Assembly (NCBI GenBank): GCA_021818675.1
Contig: JAKATR010000099.1
Span: 1 to 59,532, forward strand
From: Thermoplasmata archaeon
Lineage (GTDB): Archaea; Thermoplasmatota; Thermoplasmata; Thermoplasmatales; Thermoplasmataceae
Length of the DNA stretch: 59,532 bases
Direction of reading: 5' to 3'
The notes below the pieces were generated by a model. The model was not told the DNA's origin and did not search any database. It worked only from the letters and a program-made list of their open reading frames with translations. This document shows, one piece after another, positions 35,956 to 44,843 of the stretch (position 1 is the first letter of the stretch; the number at the start of each line of letters is the position of its first letter). Both the position numbers and the translations under genes were made by a program.

Positions 35956-37396
35956 TCTTCTTTGATTCCTCAATCTTTCTTAATTTTTCGGCTGAATAAA
36001 ATTTTGATTTTATCCCGTGATCTCTTGCAAGGGAGGCAAGATATGCGCTCTGTAATCCCATACTGCAATAGAATACGATCTCATTGGGATGATCTTTAGA
36101 CTTAATCAGATCTATTGCCCTTGGCAAAGGCAAGTTCAGTGAATTCTCATAATGCCAGTTTTTATATTCAACAGGATTTCTCAGATCGATTACGAGTTCA
36201 GACCCAGAAACGCCATACTCCTCATTACTAGTTTCATCCAGAATTCTGATGGCTCTGGCAGTCTTCTTTGTCTGTATAGATGAAACTGCTCTTCCAATAA
36301 AATTAACATTTTGCATATCTGAATTGAGTTCTTCTTTTTTTATCCTTGTGATTGGTGTTTCAGCGAATAATGAACAGAATTCGCCCATTGGTGAAGATGG
36401 GAATGTGCCAATTTTTCTGGCAAGATCGGATATTTCATCCTTGTCGAATCCTATTAAAGGCCTCAATACTGGGATTGTCATCCCGCTGCTCAATTCCCTG
36501 ATATTCTCCGGTGTCTGAGATGATACCTGACCCGATGATTCCCCGGTTATTATTCCATTATAATTGTGCTCTATGGCAATTGCTTCGGCAATGGAATACA
36601 TTATCTTCTTGAAAGTCACATTGGGATATTTGATAGATTTTCTGTTCATCATTTCCGGCAGATATGGTCTGAAATCACAAATAAAGGTGTTTGAACTGTA
36701 TCCGTATGACCAGTCTTTGTGCAGTACTGAAATGGCCCGGTAAAACTCCATGGTATCAATAGGATCCGCCATAGAGATAAAGAGAAAGTCCACAGGAGAA
36801 CCTCTTTTCATCATCATCCATGCTGCAACGGGTGAATCTATTCCTCCTGAAACAAGGGCGAGATATCTCCCTTCAGTTGCCAAAGGCAATCCTCCCGGGC
36901 CTTTCATTTTTTCTGTAAAATAATACACCTGATTATCTCTTATCTCTATGTAAACCTCAACCTCTGGATTATCAAGGTCTACCCCTGATGATTTTTCGTA
37001 AAGCCTGTCAGCAATTGCCTTAGATGCATCCATTGACTTAAATTTGTGATCACCAATCCTTCTCGTTCTTACCGAAAAGGTTTTTCCCATTACCTGATCG
37101 GCAAAGAGTTCGTATGCAGTAGCTACTATATCTTCAAATTCTGTTAATTTGAATCTTTTAGCTTTAGAATAAGACTTTATCCCAAAAATTCTTGATAGAA
37201 TATTGCCAATGGTTTCTTCATCTGATTCTACATATATCCTTCCGAACACACATTTAACTTCTGCGCTAATTCCATTTGTGTTTAATGCATATTTTATATT
37301 ACTGACTAACCTAGATTCCATTTGTCTTCTGGAACTTTTTCCCTTGAGTCCAATTTCTGAATATCGTATAATATACATTCCTTCTTCCTTACTCAA
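35945..37396 (-). CDS. thiI: tRNA 4-thiouridine synthase ThiI with C-terminal rhodanese domain
   Basis: THUMP-like N-terminus (YSEIGLKGKSSRRQME). The PP-loop is ALVSGGIDSPVAAW. The C-terminal rhodanese-like domain has the active-site loop FYCSMGLQSA. Confidence 0.9.
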   Translation of the reverse strand: MSKEEGMYIIRYSEIGLKGKSSRRQMESRLVSNIKYALNTNGISAEVKCVFGRIYVESDEETIGNILSRIFGIKSYSKAKRFKLTEFEDIVATAYELFADQVMGKTFSVRTRRIGDHKFKSMDASKAIADRLYEKSSGVDLDNPEVEVYIEIRDNQVYYFTEKMKGPGGLPLATEGRYLALVSGGIDSPVAAWMMMKRGSPVDFLFISMADPIDTMEFYRAISVLHKDWSYGYSSNTFICDFRPYLPEMMNRKSIKYPNVTFKKIMYSIAEAIAIEHNYNGIITGESSGQVSSQTPENIRELSSGMTIPVLRPLIGFDKDEISDLARKIGTFPSSPMGEFCSLFAETPITRIKKEELNSDMQNVNFIGRAVSSIQTKKTARAIRILDETSNEEYGVSGSELVIDLRNPVEYKNWHYENSLNLPLPRAIDLIKSKDHPNEIVFYCSMGLQSAYLASLARDHGIKSKFYSAEKLRKIEESKKIIP

Positions 37397-38093
37397 TACT
37401 CACTCCAACTAATATTGGCTCCTCCTTGGTGATCCATTTTCTTGCCTTTACCTCACGCAAGGATTCTGCTACCTTCATCCATCGGTACAGGGAATCTACT
37501 TCGTATAAAACGGCAAATTCCTGATCTGCAATGCTGAAAGAATATGTGGTATAAGACTGGATGCCCTGGTTCATGGGATGTGTCATTGCAGTTTTTATAT
37601 GCTCGTCCATTATCTTCTTTCTCGTCTCATAATCAATAAGATACCACTCAGGGTCCTTACTCATGGGATATCCTACGAAATATTTCAGACCTTTTTTCTT
37701 CAGATCCTCCTCAATGTGCGTTGCATTTTTTAGATATGGCGATTTTACATAAATGGAAAGCATGCTAAATGTAGATTTACCTAAATGCCCTGATTTTAAA
37801 TAAATAATATCCATTGCATTTCTTATAATTGATGGGTTTCTTGATGATAACCAGATTATGAAATCTGAATCGTATCTAAGAGATCTGTAAATCTTGGTGT
37901 GAATTAATCCATTTATTTCATCTGGCAAGTTAGTGAATTGTTTAAAAGATGTCATAACCTCTTCCCTGTTTTTCCATTGGTTCTCATTAATTTTAATGCA
38001 GAGAACCTGCATATAGATTACATCTTTATCTTCATTGATTTCAGGATTTGATTTTCTTTCATTTATAACAGATTCACCCATATTTGGAATCAC
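37389..38093 (-). CDS. Chlorite dismutase family protein (HemQ/ChdC coproheme decarboxylase-like)
   Basis: YPMSKDPEWYLIDYETRKKIMDEHIKTAMTHP is the characteristic Cld-family block and includes the proximal His. The likely start is the ATG at 38081. The stop overlaps the thiI start by 8 nt. Confidence 0.78.
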   Translation of the reverse strand: MIPNMGESVINERKSNPEINEDKDVIYMQVLCIKINENQWKNREEVMTSFKQFTNLPDEINGLIHTKIYRSLRYDSDFIIWLSSRNPSIIRNAMDIIYLKSGHLGKSTFSMLSIYVKSPYLKNATHIEEDLKKKGLKYFVGYPMSKDPEWYLIDYETRKKIMDEHIKTAMTHPMNQGIQSYTTYSFSIADQEFAVLYEVDSLYRWMKVAESLREVKARKWITKEEPILVGVSIE

Positions 38094-38229
38094 ATTCCAG
38101 ATAATAAAAGGTATGAGCCCAAATGGTATAGTGGGAAAGGCCTGATGCCCCTTTCAGTGCAAAAGGGCAAAAATAATCAATGCTTCAGTTCTCTAGTATC
38201 ATTTAACAATCTACAATAGCAAAAATCTA

Positions 38230-38508
38230 TCATTTTCTCACTTTTTGCTTTACTCTCTGTAATCTCTTTCTTTCTCTCATCTTCTTATCCTTTCCTTTAG
38301 AAGAAAGAGAGAATAATGAGGTGAAAAGCGGTAAGATAACTACCGTATCAAAATCGGAGACAACATTAGTAAATGTATAATATATGAAATAAAGTCCTAC
38401 TACCCACATAAAAATATTAATCAACACGATAAAGTAGTATTTTTTCTTTTTGAGTTCAGATTTTAATTTTCTGCTTTTATTTCGGAGATTTAGGGTTTCT
38501 TTATTCAC
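38230..38508 (-). CDS. Small two-helix membrane protein with highly basic termini
   Basis: 92 aa. Lys/Arg-rich ends flank two hydrophobic helices. It lies 3 nt downstream of the preceding ORF. Confidence 0.45.
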   Translation of the reverse strand: MNKETLNLRNKSRKLKSELKKKKYYFIVLINIFMWVVGLYFIYYTFTNVVSDFDTVVILPLFTSLFSLSSKGKDKKMRERKRLQRVKQKVRK

Positions 38509-38511
38509 AAA

Positions 38512-39333
38512 TCATACACCCCCGCTTCCAAATTTAGAAAAACCATGAGCTGGATTTGCATTTAATAAAAGCTTAGACAAATCAAAAGAACCCACTATAG
38601 TTTTAATTTTGTAGATCTGCAAGCCCACATATATTCCGTGATTACCGCCTGCAGTGTTAAGAAGTACTAAAAAGAGCCCGATTAAGTATACAAATTGAAA
38701 AATCACCTGTGTGGCATGCCTTATACCAAAAGCATTTCGGGTCAATAAAATTATATCTGCATCCAAATCCTTAGAAAGAGATTGCGTGGAGAAATAGCCA
38801 AGACCTCCAATTACTAAAAAAAGTATAGTCAACCTTGCTGAACTGTTCTCAGCGAACGAGATTATAAATCCGTTGCCTGAATCTTTTTCAAATGACCATT
38901 TTATAACGTTTTTATCAGTGGAATTATAAAAACTTTGATTTTCAATAAATGACTTAGATTCTAAACCTGAAACAAATTTATGAATGAGAATCTGGTTATT
39001 ATTTGCACTAATTCGTTCTCCTACTGAACATGCTTTATATTCATTCCCACTTTTGAATACCTCAAAACTCAAACTAGTATTGTTTAAACTATTCAATTGA
39101 AAACTATAATTCAAACTTAATTTAGAATGTGTAACCTCTCTTAACTCTGAAGGCATATCATATGTATTGAATGAAATATCGCTCTCAGTTATTTGATGTG
39201 TTTGTTCACATAGAGCATTAAATCCTAATATTAACATTAATACTCCGAATATAGGAATGAGCACCTTCAGGAGGTTTTTTTTATCTATCAGAAAAGGTAA
39301 TAAATTTGGAATGATATAAAAATTCCGTGACAA
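38512..39333 (-). CDS. Hypothetical membrane protein
   Basis: 273 aa. An N-terminal helix and a ~140-aa external domain are followed by about 3 helices. No known motif. Confidence 0.5.
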   Translation of the reverse strand: MSRNFYIIPNLLPFLIDKKNLLKVLIPIFGVLMLILGFNALCEQTHQITESDISFNTYDMPSELREVTHSKLSLNYSFQLNSLNNTSLSFEVFKSGNEYKACSVGERISANNNQILIHKFVSGLESKSFIENQSFYNSTDKNVIKWSFEKDSGNGFIISFAENSSARLTILFLVIGGLGYFSTQSLSKDLDADIILLTRNAFGIRHATQVIFQFVYLIGLFLVLLNTAGGNHGIYVGLQIYKIKTIVGSFDLSKLLLNANPAHGFSKFGSGGV

Positions 39334-39531
39334 TTTAGATCATGCTTTGACTAATTTTCCCATAAGGGCATCAACCAAAATGTTTTTTGTGCCACTTGAA
39401 ATATGTTATTTTTTACCCATATAATTATTCATATATATTACTATTATTATAATGTGTACTCATGTATTTTCATAGCGAGACACTCTGTAGCACGGTATAG
39501 AGCTAATTTTTAGATAAACTTATTATAGTTC

Positions 39532-40635
39532 ATGGGATTTTATTCTATGGCATCGGATAAGATTTTAGACTCTGTAGACGCGCTTGAATTCTACGTTGGA
39601 TCGGCTAAAGAGTGGAGTTATTTTCATCAGTATGGGTTGGGATTTAAGCTCGTAGGTTATTCTGGACCAGAAACCGGGGTAAGAGACAGGGTATCTTATC
39701 TTTTAAAGCAGGGTGATATAAAATTCATTTTCACCAATACATTATTTCCAACATCTCCGATTATAGAACATACAAGAATTCATGGGGACGGTGTAAGGGA
39801 TATCTCTATGAAAGTTCCCGATATAAACGAGACCGTTGCTGAAATTGACAGAAGGGGTGTCGTTAAGCATGGCCCCATTAAAAAGATCAAAACAGATAAT
39901 GGGACTCTTTACAGTTCAATTTCAAATTCATTTGGGGAAACACTTCATTCTCTCAATGACTATGGTGAATATGAAGACGAGCTTCCTCCAGGATTTAAGG
40001 AAATAGAATCACCAGATATCAAACCTACCGGCATAAAGAAAATAGATCATATCGTTGGAAATGTGGAAGATAAGAAGATGGATCAGTGGGTTGAATATTA
40101 TACCAAGGGGTTTGGATTCGATCAGCTAATAAGCTTCGATGATAAGGATATAAGCACTGAATATTCAGCCCTCAGGTCAAAGGTTGTTCATTACAATAAT
40201 AGAAAAATAATCTTTCCAATAAATGAACCTGCACTTGGTCTTAAGAAGTCTCAGATCCAGGAATATATTGACTACTACAATTCGCCTGGTGTGCAGCACA
40301 TTGCAATGGAGACAGATGATATAATAAAAACCGTTGCAGATATGAAATCCAGGGGTATCGAATTCCTCTCAACCCCAAGCATATATTACGAAACGCTAGA
40401 AGACAGGGTAGGAAAAATAAAGGAGGATGTCGACAAACTTCAGGAACTTGACATTCTTGTGGATAGAGACGATGATGGTTATCTCTTACAGATATTTACA
40501 AAGCCTGTAGGGGATCGGCCCACAGTATTTTACGAGGTAATACAGAGAAGAGGTGCAACATCCTTTGGAAAAGGAAATTTCAAATCGCTTTTCCAGTCTA
40601 TTGAAGTAGAACAGGCTAAGAGAGGAAACCTTTAA
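39532..40635 (+). CDS. hppD: 4-hydroxyphenylpyruvate dioxygenase
   Basis: Two VOC domains. The conserved C-terminal region is GVQHIAM...ILVDRDDDGYLLQIFTKPVGDRPTVFYEVIQRRGATSFGKGNFKSLFQSIEVEQAKRG. Confidence 0.93.
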   Translation: MGFYSMASDKILDSVDALEFYVGSAKEWSYFHQYGLGFKLVGYSGPETGVRDRVSYLLKQGDIKFIFTNTLFPTSPIIEHTRIHGDGVRDISMKVPDINETVAEIDRRGVVKHGPIKKIKTDNGTLYSSISNSFGETLHSLNDYGEYEDELPPGFKEIESPDIKPTGIKKIDHIVGNVEDKKMDQWVEYYTKGFGFDQLISFDDKDISTEYSALRSKVVHYNNRKIIFPINEPALGLKKSQIQEYIDYYNSPGVQHIAMETDDIIKTVADMKSRGIEFLSTPSIYYETLEDRVGKIKEDVDKLQELDILVDRDDDGYLLQIFTKPVGDRPTVFYEVIQRRGATSFGKGNFKSLFQSIEVEQAKRGNL

Positions 40636-40646
40636 GCTGATACTAT

Positions 40647-41540
40647 ATGAGAATAGGAAGAATAGTTTCCAATGACCGAATAGTAACAGTTATTTTCAAA
40701 GAAAACAAAGCATATGACGCTACAATGATCTTTGATATATCTGAAGAACACCTTGAAAGGGATTTCTTTAAGGCATTTACAGAAAATGAACCAGCTGATT
40801 CCTCATTTAAGGATTCGTACGTAATCAAGAAAATTGATTCTTTTCTTTCCCCGATAAAATATCCGGGTCAGATCAGAGATTTTTATGCCTTTGAAGATCA
40901 CGTGAAAAATTCAAGAAGGAGGAGAGGTCTGGATATGGAACCGGAATGGTATAAAATTCCAGCTTACTATTACACGTCCAACAACGGTTTGATTCCACAT
41001 GGAGGAGTTCTAAAATATCCGGGATTCACTGAAGAACTTGATTTTGAAATGGAGATAGGAATTATAATTGGGAAGAGTGGAATTGATATTTCTGAGGAGG
41101 AAGCCCTAAATCATATTTTTGGCATGGTGTTAATGAATGATTGGAGTGCCAGAGACCTTCAACGAAGAGAGATGAAGATAGGTCTTGGACCATCAAAATC
41201 AAAGGATTTTGCCACCGGCATAGGTGATTGCATTGTAACCCTTAAAGATCTGAAACAGCTCATAAAAAATGGTAAATTTGACATACCTGTAGAGACACAA
41301 ATAAATGGTCACCTCTTTGGAGAATCGAATCTTAAGAGAATCTACTGGCCAATTGAGAAGTTGATAAGTTATGCGTCCATGTCTTCACAGTTAAAAGCTG
41401 GTGATATAATAATGACAGGTACAATGCCTGGCGGATGTATCACAGAAATGCCTCAGGAAAAGCCAAGATGGATTCAGAGAAACGATGAAGTTTTAATGCA
41501 ATCCTCAATTCTTGGTAATCTGTTGAATAAGGTGATCTAA
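40647..41540 (+). CDS. Fumarylacetoacetate hydrolase family protein
   Basis: The FAH C-terminal domain blocks are LDFEMEIGIIIGK, MNDWSARDLQ and LKAGDIIMTGTMPGG. Confidence 0.85.
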   Translation: MRIGRIVSNDRIVTVIFKENKAYDATMIFDISEEHLERDFFKAFTENEPADSSFKDSYVIKKIDSFLSPIKYPGQIRDFYAFEDHVKNSRRRRGLDMEPEWYKIPAYYYTSNNGLIPHGGVLKYPGFTEELDFEMEIGIIIGKSGIDISEEEALNHIFGMVLMNDWSARDLQRREMKIGLGPSKSKDFATGIGDCIVTLKDLKQLIKNGKFDIPVETQINGHLFGESNLKRIYWPIEKLISYASMSSQLKAGDIIMTGTMPGGCITEMPQEKPRWIQRNDEVLMQSSILGNLLNKVI

Positions 41541-42682
41541 TGGTATTTTATGTAAAACAGGGGAAATTGACGGAGAGCAGACACACATATGACCGCAAAG
41601 GGGAAATATTGAAAGAAGAACTATTCGGAGAAGATAGCTTCGATGGAGCATATTCACTGCTTTATCACCTGAATGAGCCCACAAGGGTTAAATCCGTAAC
41701 CAAAAAGGAAAAACGCGAGGAAGAATTTCCCGAAGAAGTTACAAAACATCTGCATATTAAAGCTGGTAAAATAAAAACTGATGGGAACTTCATTGATTCA
41801 AGGAAATTTATTCTCTCAAATTCAAAACTAAGACTGGGCATTGCCAATGTCACAATGAATTCTGATGATTTCTATAGAAATTCTTATGCTGATATCCTCC
41901 TGTTTGTTCAGAAAGGAAATGGAACCCTCGTATCGCCGCAGGGGGAATTGAGTTATAAAGAGGGCGACTATGTTTTTGTGCCAAGGGGCACCACATTTCG
42001 TCTTGTTACAGGCGACTCCTACTTTTTCATAATCGAGTCAAGGGAGCACATGGATATACCCTCAAGATACCTCAATAAATATGGTCAGTTAAAAGAAGGT
42101 ACACCATATTATAGCAGAGATATACGCGTTCCGGAGCTTAGAGACCCATCAAACAAGAACCAGAATTTCAAGGTTTACATAGAATACGATGACTACTACA
42201 TGATTGAAGAGAGAGACAAATCTATTCTGGATGTGGTAGGATGGGATGGTTATCTTTACCCCTTTGCCATTAGCGTCCATAATATGGCACCCATTGTAGG
42301 AAAACTGCATATGCCGCCGCCAATACATGAATCTTTTTCAGGAAAAGGGTTCATGGTTGGGACTTTCCTTCCCAGAAAATTCGATTTTCATCCAAGGAGT
42401 ATACCCATTTCCTATTATCATAACAACATAGATGTGGATGAAGTTCTCTTTTATTCATCGGGAAATTTCATGAGCAGAAAAGACATAGAAGAGGGATCAG
42501 TTACTGTACACGTTAGAGGCATTATACATGGGCCACAGCCTGGAACAGTAGAGGCAGCAATCGGTAAAGAGGGCACTGACGAGGTAGCGGTTATGGTGGA
42601 ATCTTATGAACCATTGGTTCTTACAAAGACAGGGAAAGAAGTGGAAGACCCCCATTATATGGATTCATGGTTTCAAAAATGA
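41540..42682 (+). CDS. hmgA: Homogentisate 1,2-dioxygenase (short form)
   Basis: Cupin-type core. The Fe-ligand region is YYHNNIDVDEVLFY ... VHVRGIIHGPQPG (His/Glu/His). The start overlaps the FAH stop (TAATG). Confidence 0.88.
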   Translation: MVFYVKQGKLTESRHTYDRKGEILKEELFGEDSFDGAYSLLYHLNEPTRVKSVTKKEKREEEFPEEVTKHLHIKAGKIKTDGNFIDSRKFILSNSKLRLGIANVTMNSDDFYRNSYADILLFVQKGNGTLVSPQGELSYKEGDYVFVPRGTTFRLVTGDSYFFIIESREHMDIPSRYLNKYGQLKEGTPYYSRDIRVPELRDPSNKNQNFKVYIEYDDYYMIEERDKSILDVVGWDGYLYPFAISVHNMAPIVGKLHMPPPIHESFSGKGFMVGTFLPRKFDFHPRSIPISYYHNNIDVDEVLFYSSGNFMSRKDIEEGSVTVHVRGIIHGPQPGTVEAAIGKEGTDEVAVMVESYEPLVLTKTGKEVEDPHYMDSWFQK

Positions 42683-43701
42683 ATGAATTCAATTATTTGC
42701 CCATTGACAGAGTCATATACGGAAAGAATTCCATATCGTCAATAAACAGCCAAATTGAGAGACTGAAAAGAAAAAAAGCTCTTATCGTGACCGGAAGTTC
42801 CGTATCAAAATCAAAATTTTTTGCCTCTATTGTCAACACCCTTGGCATTGACCATGTTGTATTCTCCGATATTACACAGCATTCTCCCATAGAGGAAATT
42901 GAGCATTCTATTGAGGCCTATAGAAACAACAATTGCGATGTGTTAATATCAGTGGGAGGTGGCAGTGTAATAGATTCATCAAAGATGTTGAGGCATTATT
43001 ATGATGTAAGCATACCTCATCTGGTAATACCAACCACACTCTCTGCTTCGGAATTCTCCCACATTGCTGGTTACACCTTTGATTCGGTTAAGAATGGTGT
43101 CAGAGACAAAGCAATAACACCATCAATAATCTTCATTGACCCCGATGCTGCAAGGGAAACTCCAGATAAACTCTGGAGATCAACAGGTATAAGATCACTT
43201 GATCATGCAATCGAGACTATGTTCTCCAACAGGGAGAGTGAGATTGCAGGGATTATGGCAGTTAAGGCCATAGAAAAACTGTTCAATAACCTGCAGGGAA
43301 AGGATGATGAAAATCGCCTTGAATGTTTTAAGGCAGCCTGGTATTCATACTTTGACGTATTCGATTCAAAAATGGGGATTAGCCATAATGTGGGTAAGGT
43401 TATTGGAGCCAAATGGGAAATACCTCATGGCGTAACGTCCTGTATGACACTCCCTTTGGCCTTGAAATATTATTCCCGTTATTATAAGAAAGAAGTTAAG
43501 GAAATTGAATCTGCCATTTCAAATACTAAATATGCCAACATGGAACCCTGGGCTGCGGTTGAACAATTCATTGTAGATCTACATCTGGAGGCAAAACCTT
43601 CTCAATACGGGTTAAGTCTTGATGATAAACCGTATATTTTTGAAAACCTCAAAGATAAACCGGAATGGGCTGATGATTTCCTTACAGAATTTCTGTCTTA
43701 G
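42667..43701 (+). CDS. Iron-containing (group III) alcohol dehydrogenase family protein, maleylacetate reductase-like
   Basis: ALIVTG...ISVGGGSVIDSSK (GGGS NAD motif), with His-rich metal-site segments (LDHAIETMFS, ISHNVGKVIGAKWEIPHG). About 344 aa. It overlaps the hmgA stop by 16 nt. Confidence 0.78.
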   Translation: MVSKMNEFNYLPIDRVIYGKNSISSINSQIERLKRKKALIVTGSSVSKSKFFASIVNTLGIDHVVFSDITQHSPIEEIEHSIEAYRNNNCDVLISVGGGSVIDSSKMLRHYYDVSIPHLVIPTTLSASEFSHIAGYTFDSVKNGVRDKAITPSIIFIDPDAARETPDKLWRSTGIRSLDHAIETMFSNRESEIAGIMAVKAIEKLFNNLQGKDDENRLECFKAAWYSYFDVFDSKMGISHNVGKVIGAKWEIPHGVTSCMTLPLALKYYSRYYKKEVKEIESAISNTKYANMEPWAAVEQFIVDLHLEAKPSQYGLSLDDKPYIFENLKDKPEWADDFLTEFLS

Positions 43702-44114
43702 GGAAAATCGAGCTCCATTAACCCGCTTTTTTCATTCTTCTTTCTCATAATTCTTGCTTTGCTTAGTACCTTAATTGATATTTCCATCATTGGCGAACCA
43801 GTACCAGAAAAGAAATGACCTCCTGAAATATTATGATGAATATCGGCAAATGAACCGTGTATATGGAGAATTGGATCGTTTTCTGCTATGGAGCCTGAAA
43901 ATGAAACCACTTCCCTCGGTTCATCAAATGTCATTTCAACATACTTATCACCATTCAAGTAGCCGATTCTTGCTTTACATATCATTCCAATACCAGAAAG
44001 GATTAGACCTGAGGAAATTTTTTCCGCCTCAATCATGCTCCTGATTGCATCTATAACAGAATCTCCTGTCTCTACCTTCAGAACAATATAATCATTCTCT
44101 CTTGAATATTTCAA
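43698..44114 (-). CDS. PPC (DUF296) domain protein
   Basis: 138 aa. The pattern IVLKVETGDSVIDAI...LSGIGMI...VVSFSGSI......HIHGSF.....ISGGHF is typical of DUF296/PPC. Confidence 0.72.
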   Translation of the reverse strand: MKYSRENDYIVLKVETGDSVIDAIRSMIEAEKISSGLILSGIGMICKARIGYLNGDKYVEMTFDEPREVVSFSGSIAENDPILHIHGSFADIHHNISGGHFFSGTGSPMMEISIKVLSKARIMRKKNEKSGLMELDFP

Positions 44115-44708
44115 CTATACTACCTCTTCGAGTAGAGCATGAGAATCTTCCATTATTACTTTTTTAATTCCACAGTTCTTGAACATCATTTCTTTGAATG
44201 GATTGCCAGTTAGATTACTTGCTATTATGGAAAGTGAGCCTCCGTGTCCAATGATTAGACATTTACTGAATTGATTGTTCATCATGTGCTCAATGAATTC
44301 AGTCACTCTTGATATAAGTTGAGATAATGGTTCAATTCCTTCAAGGATATCGTCGCTAACATATTTTGAAATTGTAAGATCAACGCCTTTAATTTTGGAT
44401 ATTTCAGAAAGGGTGAGTCCGGAATATTTGCCTGCATCTCTTTCCCTTAATCTTTGATCATAATGAATTGGAATTTCTCTATGTGCATTTATGATCCGGG
44501 CAGTTTCAGCAGCCCTCTCAAGATCGCTTGAATAGATTAAATCGAAATTAATTGCTTTTAGTCTATCATATGCCTCTTGAGCTTGAATTTTGCCCTTATT
44601 ATTTAAGGAGATATTAATATGTCCTTGAAACCTCCCCTCATTATTCCAGTCTGTCTCACCATGACGAACGAGGTAAATCTCTCTTCTGTCTTTCCTGGGA
44701 TCTATCAA
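44115..44708 (-). CDS. Histidine phosphatase (phosphoglycerate mutase-like) family protein
   Basis: IYLVRHGETDWN is the RHG catalytic motif and LIIGHGGSL carries the second His. TTG start. It abuts the DUF296 gene with no gap. Confidence 0.85.
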   Translation of the reverse strand: MIDPRKDRREIYLVRHGETDWNNEGRFQGHINISLNNKGKIQAQEAYDRLKAINFDLIYSSDLERAAETARIINAHREIPIHYDQRLRERDAGKYSGLTLSEISKIKGVDLTISKYVSDDILEGIEPLSQLISRVTEFIEHMMNNQFSKCLIIGHGGSLSIIASNLTGNPFKEMMFKNCGIKKVIMEDSHALLEEVV

Positions 44709-44843
44709 AATATTATCCCGTCACCATAGTTTAGCAAACTATATACAAATTTGTTCCTGAGGCAGATGTGTGTAAATTCAAAAATAATTTTCTTAAGCTC
44801 GGTAATAACAGCTCATTATTTTGTAAAAATGATTAAAGGAAGA

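Noticed and set aside
38094-38229. A possible C/D-box sRNA or other small RNA in the relatively GC-rich gap upstream of the HemQ-like gene. The minus strand has AUGAUAC...CUGA...UUGAUUA...CUGA-like elements.
   Set aside because: The box sequences deviate from RUGAUGA. The C-to-D' spacer is only about 7 nt, where about 12 is expected, and there is no terminal stem. T-runs plus a short hairpin are more simply explained as the terminator of the upstream gene and the promoter of the next.
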